A program made the translations under genes and the position numbers. Shown in pieces: positions 7,144 to 14,897 of a DNA stretch of 24,000 nt (position 1 is its first letter; the number at the start of each line of letters is the position of its first letter). Origin of the DNA: Actinomycetota bacterium (lineage in GTDB: Bacteria > Actinomycetota > CADDZG01 > WHSQ01). The notes beneath the pieces were generated by a model. That model worked only from the letters and a program-made list of their open reading frames with translations, had not been told where the DNA came from and searched no databases. The DNA lies in contig JBBSGD010000008.1 of assembly GCA_038254435.1 (NCBI GenBank), positions 31,412 to 55,411 of the forward strand, given 5' to 3'.

Positions 7144-8618
7144 GTCATCGGTAGTTCGCTCGCCGCGGGCCGGGCCCTACGCCCTGGCGCGAACCGGTGC
7201 AGGGTGTTGTAGACGCAGAAGGGGATGATGCGCCCATCGGGGAGCGCCTCCTGGATGCAGCAGCGCTTGGCGCGTGAGACGTCGAAGTTGTGGCGGTCCA
7301 TGAACGCCTCGATGGTGATCGAGAACAGGCTGCCCACCACCTCGGAAGAATCGAGCTCCATGATCGGCCCGCAAGCGCAGGCGAAAGCGGCCGCCTGTCC
7401 CTGCGATCCCGCCGGGTTGGACTTCGAATAGAGCTGTTCCAGGGTGGCGCGCATCTCCGCGAAGTCCGACTCGAAGGCCGGAGTGAGGACCGGAAGAGCG
7501 GCATTGGAGACGTAATCGAGGTAGTCCTCGACCTCGACCATGCGCGGCAGCGGCATGACCTCGGCCCCGTTGGTCCACGCATAAGTCGCCGCCGTGCACA
7601 TCGGGTCACAGCAAGGGATGGGGATGAAGTCGGACTTGAGAAAGGTTCCTCCCGTCTGGTGCTCGACGGCATCGATCACGTCGGTAACCGTCGTGCGATC
7701 CATCGGGTCGAAGGGGACCCACCGGCCCTCACCGAACTGCGGCTGGAAGCTGACCGCCCGCACCGCCGGGTGGTCGAGGCCGAGCTGGATGATCGCTCCG
7801 ATCTCGTGATCGTTGACGCCCTTGGCGATGGTGGCGACGAGAACGACCGGAACCCCGGCCCGCCCGAGCTGATCGAGAGCTTCGAGCTTGACCCCGAGCA
7901 GGTCGGCGCGGTCGCGCATCGCCTCCAGCGAAGATGCCTCGAAGCCATCGAACTGAAGGTAGACCTTGACGCCGAGCTCGCCGGCGAGCTCGCAAACCCG
8001 CCGGTCGCGCCCGAAGCGGATCCCGTTTGAGTTGACCACCGTGTGCTTGACTTTCCCGCTGCCTGCCACCAGCGCCATGACCTCGCCGAAGCGGGGGTGG
8101 ATCGTTGGCTCCCCGCCTGACAGCATTACGACGTCGGCCGGGCCTCCTTCCGCCGCCACGACCGCATCGAGCATCGCCTCGATCTCGTCGAGCGAGGCAT
8201 GGGAGCCGTGCGGGCTCGCGGCGAAGCACGCGGGGCATTCGAGGTTGCAGGCCTGGGTGATCTCCAGCAGGGTCACGCAGGCGTGCTGCTCGTGCTCGGG
8301 GCAGAAGCCGCAGTCGTAGGGGCAGCCGTGCTCGGTTTCTGTCGCGGTGTGTACGGGTGCTCGCCCCGGTCGTTTGAACTTGCGGCTCCAGCGATACCAG
8401 GAGGCATCCGAGCAGGTCAGAACGGAGTGCTTCCCGTGCTCGGGGCAGTGCTTCACCATGAGGATCCGCCCGGCGGACTCGACGATGTCGGCGGGAACCA
8501 GACGCTTGCAGTGAGAGCAGAGGGAGTCGGTGTGGCTTATGAGGGCGGCCGGGGCACCTTCTCGAACCTGTTGCGTCACCGTAAAAGCCCCCTTTTCGAC
8601 CTCTTGATCACCCGTCAC
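7140..8618 (-). CDS. radical SAM enzyme with N-terminal rubredoxin-like Cys motifs (COG1964 / tetraether-synthase-like architecture)
   Basis: The CxxxCxxC motif is CNLECPAC, followed by SGGEPT. The N-terminus has CSHC...MVKHCPEHG and GCPYDCGFCPEHEQHAC. The C-terminus has IPIPCCDPMC and FMDRHNFDVSRAKRCCIQ...IPFCVYN. The start is GTG 8618, or GTG 8579 with AAGGGGG about 8 nt upstream. Confidence 0.9.
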   Translation of the reverse strand: MTGDQEVEKGAFTVTQQVREGAPAALISHTDSLCSHCKRLVPADIVESAGRILMVKHCPEHGKHSVLTCSDASWYRWSRKFKRPGRAPVHTATETEHGCPYDCGFCPEHEQHACVTLLEITQACNLECPACFAASPHGSHASLDEIEAMLDAVVAAEGGPADVVMLSGGEPTIHPRFGEVMALVAGSGKVKHTVVNSNGIRFGRDRRVCELAGELGVKVYLQFDGFEASSLEAMRDRADLLGVKLEALDQLGRAGVPVVLVATIAKGVNDHEIGAIIQLGLDHPAVRAVSFQPQFGEGRWVPFDPMDRTTVTDVIDAVEHQTGGTFLKSDFIPIPCCDPMCTAATYAWTNGAEVMPLPRMVEVEDYLDYVSNAALPVLTPAFESDFAEMRATLEQLYSKSNPAGSQGQAAAFACACGPIMELDSSEVVGSLFSITIEAFMDRHNFDVSRAKRCCIQEALPDGRIIPFCVYNTLHRFAPGRRARPAASELPMT

Positions 8619-8658
8619 GCTCGCGAACGCTCATGTCCTCGTCCACCTTAAGGTCGCC

Positions 8659-9351
8659 TTGGTAGAGCCCGGTAACCTCATCGCCTTCAGACCGGTTCGG
8701 AGTGTCTGCTCGCTTACAGAGGTTGGCCCGAATGCTATCGGCGAGGGGGGTTCCCACGGGAGGGATCTCGAGATAGGGAAGGGTACAGTCATCGGCGAGG
8801 CGACGTGGGACCGAGCGGCCCGCTTCTATCGGTTGCAGCAAACCCTCGAACGTCCCTCCCTTGGTGCTGCCGCAGCGCTTAGCGCGGTCGAGTCGCATCA
8901 CAGGCTGCTGGACCTCGGAACGGGAACCGGGGCCGTTCTGGCCGAGTTCGCGTCGGCGCGGCGGCGTCTTCGCCTCGCCGTCGGGGTCGAGCTTTCTCCG
9001 CAGATGTTGATCCGCGCTAAGAGGAGGCATGCCGGGCATCTAATCCGAGCCGACGCCGGCACTCTGCCTTTCGATGATGGCTCCTTTGACGTTGTGGTCG
9101 CGGCCTGGACGGTGAAGCGCTCGGATGCTGATGTCACCGTCTCGATGTGCGCCGAGGAGGTGTGTCCGCTCACACCCGGCGTCCGGCGGATCAGCTGGGA
9201 CTTACCGGATCCCAAGAGCCTACGGATCGAGCAGGTGAGGGAGATCCGCGACGATATCGGTGCCGCGTTGAGGCGCTCCTCGCTCAACTGGACGGTAGAG
9301 CTGCGCAGTCTAGAGGGCGAGTCGCACCCCCATAGGAAGAAGGCAACGTGA
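8659..9351 (+). pseudogene. chimeric relic: 5' part of a class I methyltransferase fused in frame to the 3' part of an LMW-PTP-type arsenate reductase (ArsC)
   Basis: Residues to about 152 carry RLLDLGTGTGAVL...LSPQMLIRA...LPFDDGSFDVVVAAW (methyltransferase motifs I-II only). From about nt 9115 the frame reads ADVTVSMCAEEVCPLTPGVRRISWDLPDP...VREIRDDIGAAL. This aligns with the B. subtilis ArsC C-terminus (ADLVVTLCGDAADKCPMTP...HWGFDDP...VRDEIGNRL). The catalytic CTGNSCRS N-terminus is absent. Confidence 0.6.
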
Positions 9352-9390
9352 CCACGCTGTTGGTCGCGCGGGCTCGTTCTGGGTAGATCG

Positions 9391-10647
9391 TCACCGCCCG
9401 GCGATGGCCGTGTGCGGGTGAAAGGCAGCCCAGGCGAACCAGAAGGCAGTCTCTTGGGCGACGGGCTGCAGGCTCGCACCGGCGAGAGGCCCGGACACGA
9501 TCCGGCCGAACATGTTGATGCGTCCTCCGGTCCGGTCATCCACGAACCCATCATCACTTGCCCGGACCTCGACGAGGCGCCCACGTGCCCTCGCCGCCCA
9601 CACCGTTGCCGACCAGCTTTGGGGACCGGCGTCCACGAGCCGGGACGTCTCCGGTTGGTGGACGCCGAAGTGGAACAGAGCCACCAGCGCACGGCCATCG
9701 AGTCGCGCGTGCTCAACCACCCGGCCTTGCCCGTGCGACGGAAACGGAAAGGCGACGGAACCCGAACGGCCGGCGACACCGATAACCCTCGTCTTGGGCG
9801 GGAGCCGAGGGTCCGTGTATGAACGCAGCGACGAATCCGGCGACGGCCTGAAGAAGATGCTGTCCTGAGACGCGTCCGACCCATAGCCCGCATAGGGATC
9901 GGTCCGATAGCTCGCGTTGGAGCGGGGCGGCGCGAGCACCTTGCCCGCGGGATGCGCTCGCTTCCATGCGCCGAAGGGAACCGTCAGAGCGAGAATGGGC
10001 TTGAGGCGGCGCCCGGTCTCGGAACCGCTCAAGGGGCGACCGCTTATCTGGCTCCACAGTGAAAGGGTCTCGAAATCGAACATGACGAGGTTGGCGTGGA
10101 AGAGCTCGCCTGAAACTCCGAAGCTGAGGGTGCGACCACCGGCCGTTCTCGAGTAAGCGACCCCGCTGTTGCACAGCGGACAGTAGGAGACAACCACAGG
10201 ACGACCGCCGACGACGTCGTTGACGACCTCGTGGTAGAGGAGGATTCTGACCGGATAAGCGCGCGCGTCACCGTGGATCGAGACGGAGATGACTAGGTCG
10301 GCCCGGTTGAGGTAGCCGGCGTCGCGGGCCGCTTGGAATGTGGGGTGGCGGATCGCAGGTATCGAGTTGAAGGGCACGCAGAAGGCCCCCACCCCCTGGG
10401 AGATGGCGGCGGTGTTATGGGCCGGAGTGCAGGTCTGCTGCGTGACCCGCTCCAGCCGGTGCAGCCGAGAGCGGGGACTTTGCCGCCCACGATCCCCAAG
10501 TGGTCGCGAATCCCGGGCAGCTGGTCCCAGGGCCACCGATCTGGAAGCGTCGGACGGGCCCCGGGCGCCCGGCGGCAGAGAGCCTCCCGCAGAGGTGCAG
10601 GCGGCCACCAAGAGGACAGATCCGACACAGGCGGCCGCGAGTTTCAT
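9391..10647 (-). CDS. DUF3179 domain-containing lipoprotein
   Basis: ATG 10647 overlaps the anti-sigma stop (ATGA). The signal is MKLAAACVGSVLLVAAC with a lipobox. The DUF3179 core is ARAYPVRILLYHEVVNDVVGGRPVVVSYCPLCNSGVAYSR...SFGVSGELFHANLVMFDFETLSLWSQ. The track start at 10764 is a longer upstream extension. Confidence 0.85.
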   Translation of the reverse strand: MKLAAACVGSVLLVAACTSAGGSLPPGARGPSDASRSVALGPAARDSRPLGDRGRQSPRSRLHRLERVTQQTCTPAHNTAAISQGVGAFCVPFNSIPAIRHPTFQAARDAGYLNRADLVISVSIHGDARAYPVRILLYHEVVNDVVGGRPVVVSYCPLCNSGVAYSRTAGGRTLSFGVSGELFHANLVMFDFETLSLWSQISGRPLSGSETGRRLKPILALTVPFGAWKRAHPAGKVLAPPRSNASYRTDPYAGYGSDASQDSIFFRPSPDSSLRSYTDPRLPPKTRVIGVAGRSGSVAFPFPSHGQGRVVEHARLDGRALVALFHFGVHQPETSRLVDAGPQSWSATVWAARARGRLVEVRASDDGFVDDRTGGRINMFGRIVSGPLAGASLQPVAQETAFWFAWAAFHPHTAIAGR

Positions 10648-11330
10648 CTCAACTTCAATCGCGCCGCGGCCCTGTCCACGTCGCGCGCGTCGTCGCCTAT
10701 CACGAGGGAGGACACCGGTCGCGGCGCGCAGTAGAGAACTGCCTCCCCGAGCGTCGCCGTCCATGTTTCCTCAGAGGCGAGGTGGACCGCTCCGTTTGCC
10801 GTCGGAAACGGTCCGTCGGCGCGGTAGACGACGAGGTGATGCCCGGCGTGGTCCCGATACTTGTAGGCGACGAGCCTAAGCCCGCCGATCTCGCCTTGGC
10901 GCGCCCCGCGCAGCACCAGGTCGCCGATGTGCTGCGGCAGCTTTGGAGTCGCGGCACGGACCAGCACCCGTTGGCCTCGGTAGTCCGTCAGGACCGCTTG
11001 GATGACCGCCGGCTGATGAGTGGATGCCTGCCACCAATAGCCAAGGCCGGCGAGAGACATCACCATGGCCATGGCTGTGGCCAGCAGGACGAGATGGCGC
11101 CGGCGGGCGGGATGCTCCACGCCGGCGACCACGGTGCGAACCCGTTCCTTGAGGAACTGTGGGGCGAGCTCCCGGGCTGATTCCGCCAAGCTTCGGCCGC
11201 GCCGCGCCACTTGCACCTCGTTCCAGCAGTCCTCGCACTCGAGCATGTGACGCTCGAAGGCCCGCCGTCGGCGCGCCCCCATCAGGCCCGCAAGGTAGGT
11301 GGCGGCGTTGCGTTCCGGCTCATGTGCCAT
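10644..11330 (-). CDS. membrane-anchored anti-sigma factor with zf-HC2 (ZAS) motif
   Basis: The N-terminus FERHMLECEDCWNEV carries H-x3-C-x2-C. There is a single TM helix, LVLLATAMAMVMSLAGLGYWW. It lies directly downstream of the ECF sigma gene and overlaps it by 11 nt. Confidence 0.8.
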   Translation of the reverse strand: MAHEPERNAATYLAGLMGARRRRAFERHMLECEDCWNEVQVARRGRSLAESARELAPQFLKERVRTVVAGVEHPARRRHLVLLATAMAMVMSLAGLGYWWQASTHQPAVIQAVLTDYRGQRVLVRAATPKLPQHIGDLVLRGARQGEIGGLRLVAYKYRDHAGHHLVVYRADGPFPTANGAVHLASEETWTATLGEAVLYCAPRPVSSLVIGDDARDVDRAAARLKLR

Positions 11331-11841
11331 ATTCGTTCACCTCGCTCGCCAGGAGCGCGGCCAGCCTCTTGCGCCCCCGGTGCACACGCGACAAGACGGT
11401 GCCCCGCGGCGAGCCCGTGAGCTTGGCTACCTCCAGCGCGGTCAGACCCGCCAGGTCCATGAGGGTGATCGCCACCCGCTGTTCCTCCGGGAGCTGCCAC
11501 AGGGCCTCGTGCACGACGGTACGGCGGAGGGCCGCGATCGCTTCATCGGCCGCGTCGACATCCTCGTGGGGCCAGCGGACCTCTTGCACCGGCGTCTCGT
11601 AGCGGTAGGCCGCCCTGCGCAGGAGGCTCCGGCCCGCATTGAGGCAGATGGTCGCGATCCACGGCTCCACCCGGCGTGGGCGCCGATTGGTCGTCCACGC
11701 TTGGAAAGCCTTGAGGTACGTCTCCTGCACCAGGTCCTCGACGTCTTGCTGATTGCGCGCGAGTCGCCGAGCGAGGTTGTATACGAGGTCCAGTGCCGGC
11801 AGCGTCGCGTTGAGAAACTCGTCCGCAGGACGCGTCTTCAT
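11320..11841 (-). CDS. ECF-type RNA polymerase sigma-70 family factor
   Basis: Region 2 is DVEDLVQETYLKAFQAW. Region 4 is TLMDLAGLTALEVAKLTGSPRGTVLSRVHRGRKRL. ATG 11841 forms an ATGA overlap with the upstream stop. The track start at 11880 is a TTG. Confidence 0.9.
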   Translation of the reverse strand: MKTRPADEFLNATLPALDLVYNLARRLARNQQDVEDLVQETYLKAFQAWTTNRRPRRVEPWIATICLNAGRSLLRRAAYRYETPVQEVRWPHEDVDAADEAIAALRRTVVHEALWQLPEEQRVAITLMDLAGLTALEVAKLTGSPRGTVLSRVHRGRKRLAALLASEVNEYGT

Positions 11842-13058
11842 CCCCGCCACACCTTGGTGTCGGGATGGAAGGCGGCCCAATCAAACCAGAACGAGTCCGT
11901 CGCGTTCGCCGACCGGAGCTGCGTGCCCTTAAACCGCCCCGAGATCGCACGGCCGAAGATGTTCCAGGCGCTGTGCGTCCTTTCGTCGACGAGCCGGCCT
12001 CGGACCGATGCGAATCGAAGCGGCCTTCCCTTCACGAGGGGGCGGAAGGCAGCCGCCGCGCCGACGCGCTTGGAGGTAGCGATAGTCGGTGCGTCCAGGG
12101 CCGAAGCCGCGCCCCTCTTCCACACGACGAGGGCCGAGCGGCCGGCGACGTGCGTGTTGATCGCCGCGACCCCGTTCCTCGCTCGTGCCGCGAGAGCTGC
12201 GTATGGGAACGCAACGTAACTGCGGCCTGCGGACACCCCGAGTACCCGGTCGACCGCCTCGAGCCGGCCGTCGGTAGGTCCCTCGAACAAGAACGGAGGA
12301 TTGTTGACGTTGTCGTAGCCCGGGTAGGGGTTGTTTGCGTACGGTCGATCAAACCCGGTGGCGCGCGTCAGCACGCGGCCGTCTGGAAAGGAGGCCTCGA
12401 AGTCGGCCCACGCGACGATGCGTGCCGGCACCCGCTTCAGAAGCGCTCCCTTGAGCGACCCGGCAACCGCCTGCCCGAGGGCTTGCGGCCACAACGAATC
12501 GGTGGCTCGATCGTACATGACGAGGTTCGAGTGGTAGAGACTTCCCGAGGTCCCGAAGGTCGTCGCAGTGCCCTTGACGGTGGGGCGGACGTATGCCAAA
12601 GCCGTGTTGCACAGCGGGCAGAAGGTCACGGCCACCGGGGTCCCGCCCACGACGTCGTTTACGATCTCATGCCACGTCATGATCTCGAGTGGGTAAGCGC
12701 GGGCCTCGCCGCCGACCTCGATCTCGACAACAGGCTCTTGCGGCTTCAGGAAATCGATCTCTGCGACCGGGGCGAGGTCCGGTTGGTCCAGTGCGGGAAT
12801 GGAGTCCTTGGAGACCACGGCCCGGATGTTCGAGGGCGACACCGTGACTCGTATGTGCCGGGTGACAAGGCCTCGCACGTCCCCTGAAGATGCCGTCGTG
12901 TGTGCCTCGCCGGCCGAGCGTTGCGAGGAAGGCTGCCCGCCGGGAACGACGGCTAGGGCCACAATGACCGTGGCGGCAACGGCCAGTCCTGCAACGATCC
13001 CAAGGAGGCGCCGCTTGCGCCGGCCCAACACCCAGTTCGGCTTGCCCGTGGGGCCCAT
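11838..13058 (-). CDS. DUF3179 domain-containing protein with N-terminal signal anchor
   Basis: The core is ARAYPLEIMTWHEIVNDVVGGTPVAVTFCPLCNTALAYVR...FGTSGSLYHSNLVMYDRATDSLWPQ. The TM segment is LLGIVAGLAVAATVIVALAVV. ATG 13058 shares 1 nt with the TlpA stop (TGATG). The track start at 13061 is a TTG. Confidence 0.85.
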   Translation of the reverse strand: MGPTGKPNWVLGRRKRRLLGIVAGLAVAATVIVALAVVPGGQPSSQRSAGEAHTTASSGDVRGLVTRHIRVTVSPSNIRAVVSKDSIPALDQPDLAPVAEIDFLKPQEPVVEIEVGGEARAYPLEIMTWHEIVNDVVGGTPVAVTFCPLCNTALAYVRPTVKGTATTFGTSGSLYHSNLVMYDRATDSLWPQALGQAVAGSLKGALLKRVPARIVAWADFEASFPDGRVLTRATGFDRPYANNPYPGYDNVNNPPFLFEGPTDGRLEAVDRVLGVSAGRSYVAFPYAALAARARNGVAAINTHVAGRSALVVWKRGAASALDAPTIATSKRVGAAAAFRPLVKGRPLRFASVRGRLVDERTHSAWNIFGRAISGRFKGTQLRSANATDSFWFDWAAFHPDTKVWRG

Positions 13059-13642
13059 CAACCGATCCCGAAAGCCTCGTGAATCCTTTGGCGCAGGAGC
13101 CCGGCCGTGAGCTGTCCGGTGACTTCGTCGACGACTCTGCCGCGGGCATCGATGAATACGGTCGTGGGCATGCCGGTGCCGCCGAAGGCGTCGAAGACCC
13201 GGCCCTGCGGATCGGATGCGAGGCGATAGCGGACACCGGTCTGGGCCGCGAGGCGGTCCGCTCCATCGCGGCTGTCGCGCTGATCGATGCCCACGAACGC
13301 CACTTCGTTGCCGAGTGTCTGGAACTCACGCTGGAATGCGGGCATCTCCGCGGCGCAGTTTGGGCACCACGACGCCCAGAAGTTGAGGACGAGCGGCCTG
13401 CCCTTGTATGCGGCCAGCGAGAACCGTTTGCCCTCGAAGTCGATCAACGACACGCGCGGCGCCGGTTGCCCGCCTACCTGCACCCCTTTGTCGGAGCCTC
13501 CGAAGAGCAGGAATCCGAGACCGGCAAGGCCGGCGATGACGACGACCGTGACGGCGGCCCTCATCCTCGTTTGCTTGGGTTGAACGAGATGCCGCGGGGG
13601 CTTGCGGGAGCTAGCCTTGCGCCGTCTCTTGTCGTCGCCCAT
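13058..13642 (-). CDS. TlpA/ResA-family thiol-disulfide oxidoreductase (membrane-anchored thioredoxin fold)
   Basis: The motif is LVLNFWASWCPNCAAEMPAF (WCxxC). The signal anchor is AAVTVVVIAGLAGLGFLLF. ATG 13642 has GAGAGAAGGA upstream. The track start at 13756 is a GTG with no better support. Confidence 0.9.
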   Translation of the reverse strand: MGDDKRRRKASSRKPPRHLVQPKQTRMRAAVTVVVIAGLAGLGFLLFGGSDKGVQVGGQPAPRVSLIDFEGKRFSLAAYKGRPLVLNFWASWCPNCAAEMPAFQREFQTLGNEVAFVGIDQRDSRDGADRLAAQTGVRYRLASDPQGRVFDAFGGTGMPTTVFIDARGRVVDEVTGQLTAGLLRQRIHEAFGIG

Positions 13643-13756
13643 GCGAATCCTTCTCTCGGTTTTGGCGCACTCGGCGATCCTGACATCGCTGACTCTCTTA
13701 GGGACGCCCCCGACCGGCTTCTGATTGCCTCGCGCTCCCGACTGAGAGGCAATCAC

Positions 13757-13795
13757 GGAACCGGAAGGGGCGTCCTAGAAGGATGTAACGGTTCC
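13757..13795. promoter_or_regulatory. GGAACCG ... CGGTTCC inverted repeat (7-bp arms, 25-nt spacer) in the TlpA/CcdA divergent intergenic region; candidate ECF -35 elements or operator
   Basis: The sequence is GGAACCGgaaggggcgtcctagaaggatgtaaCGGTTCC. It places a GGAAC pentamer (the common ECF -35 core) on both strands between the divergent starts 13642 and 13838. I could not identify a convincing -10 (CGT) at canonical spacing. Confidence 0.25.
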
Positions 13796-13837
13796 CGGGC
13801 TAAGTGGGCACCGTGGCGTGAAAGAGAGGAGCTCTGG

Positions 13838-14716
13838 GTGCCACCGTTGGAAATCGCCCTTGTCGCCGGAGGGCTCTCGACAGTCAATCCGTGCGGTTTC
13901 GCCCTCTTGCCTGCCTTCTTGTCGCTCTATGTCGGAGCCGACGAGGCGCGTCTTCCCGGCGGGGCGACCCGAGTGATGCAGGGTCTGCTGGTGGGCCTCG
14001 TCGTGACTGGGGGCTTCCTAACCACTTTCGGGGCCATCGGTCTTCCGCTCGTCCTCGGCGCCGGCCGCGTCGTGGATGCCATCCCCTGGGCTGGCTTGAC
14101 CATGGGGGTGGCTCTGGTTGTCATGGGGACGGTTCTCCTCGCCGGGGGCCATGCATCGATCACGCTAAGGAGCCCGGTAACCGTGCACCGAGACCGCCGG
14201 CTGGCGACGGTCTACCTCTTTGGAGTGGGCTACGGAGCGGCATCGCTCGGGTGTGCGCTCCCGGTCCTGCTCGCCGTGGTGGGCGCGTCCCTGGCCGGCC
14301 ACGGCGTGATCGCCTCGCTTCAGGTCTTGGCCTTCTACGCGGCCGGGATGGGGCTCGTGCTCATGGCCTTGTCTGTGTCGGCAGCCCTGCTTCGGGACGG
14401 ATTGGCGAGAAGGCTAAAGTCGATACTTCCCTATTCTCAGCGCATAGCAGGGGCGCTCCTCACCGTGACGGGGGCCTACCTCGGCTATTACTGGTGGCGC
14501 GTGCGGTTCGGCGATATCGCCACGCTCGGGCGCGACCCGCTCGTGAGCAGCGTCGAGCGACTTACCGCATTCGTGCAACGGTTGTCCTCCACCGCGGGGA
14601 GGTGGATCATCTTGGGTGCCGCCGTGCTGGTAGCGGGCGCTCTCTTATCGGCATCATGGCGCCGGCGCAGCAACGGCCCCGACCAAGGGCCCCGCACCGG
14701 GAGACCCCGGGCTTGA
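13838..14716 (+). CDS. ccdA: CcdA/DsbD-family cytochrome c biogenesis-type transmembrane thiol:disulfide electron transporter
   Basis: GTG 13838 has GAGAGGAG 5 nt upstream. The conserved Cys motifs are STVNPCGFALLPAF and AASLGCALPVLLAV, in a multi-TM protein. The upstream 253 codons of track ORF 13079-14716 are antisense to tlpA and are not coding. Confidence 0.9.
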   Translation: MPPLEIALVAGGLSTVNPCGFALLPAFLSLYVGADEARLPGGATRVMQGLLVGLVVTGGFLTTFGAIGLPLVLGAGRVVDAIPWAGLTMGVALVVMGTVLLAGGHASITLRSPVTVHRDRRLATVYLFGVGYGAASLGCALPVLLAVVGASLAGHGVIASLQVLAFYAAGMGLVLMALSVSAALLRDGLARRLKSILPYSQRIAGALLTVTGAYLGYYWWRVRFGDIATLGRDPLVSSVERLTAFVQRLSSTAGRWIILGAAVLVAGALLSASWRRRSNGPDQGPRTGRPRA

Positions 14717-14897
14717 TTGTCGCTGTGCGGCGCTTGTGGTCGCGGGCGCTGCCTCGACTCGGTTTAGCAAGCCGCAAACTCGGCCGTAGAGCCCGGTAGT
14801 GCGACGTGAGTCGGCCGGCGGGATTTGTCCCATCGACGAGATCGGTCTATTCTTCACGTGAAAATAGGGGAAATCGCTCGTGAGGATGTGATGACAC

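Noticed and set aside
11961-11965. GGAAC pentamer about 120 nt upstream of the ECF sigma gene, considered as an internal autoregulatory promoter
   Set aside because: It arises from the conserved Trp-Asn codons (WNIFG) of the DUF3179 coding sequence, and no CGT-type -10 sits at proper spacing.
7145-12887. Many long overlapping ORFs antisense or off-frame to the radical SAM, DUF3179 and sigma genes (for example 7290-8030, 7729-8238, 8898-9893, 10500-11180, 11299-12219, 11865-12887)
   Set aside because: They are typical high-GC shadow ORFs. Their compositions are Arg/Pro/Gly/Ala-rich with no motifs, and each fully overlaps a gene with clear family signatures.
13079-13837. The first 253 codons of the 545-aa track ORF 13079-14716 (+)
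   Set aside because: This stretch is antisense to the well-supported tlpA gene and has no family features. The CcdA homology begins only at GTG 13838, which has its own SD.
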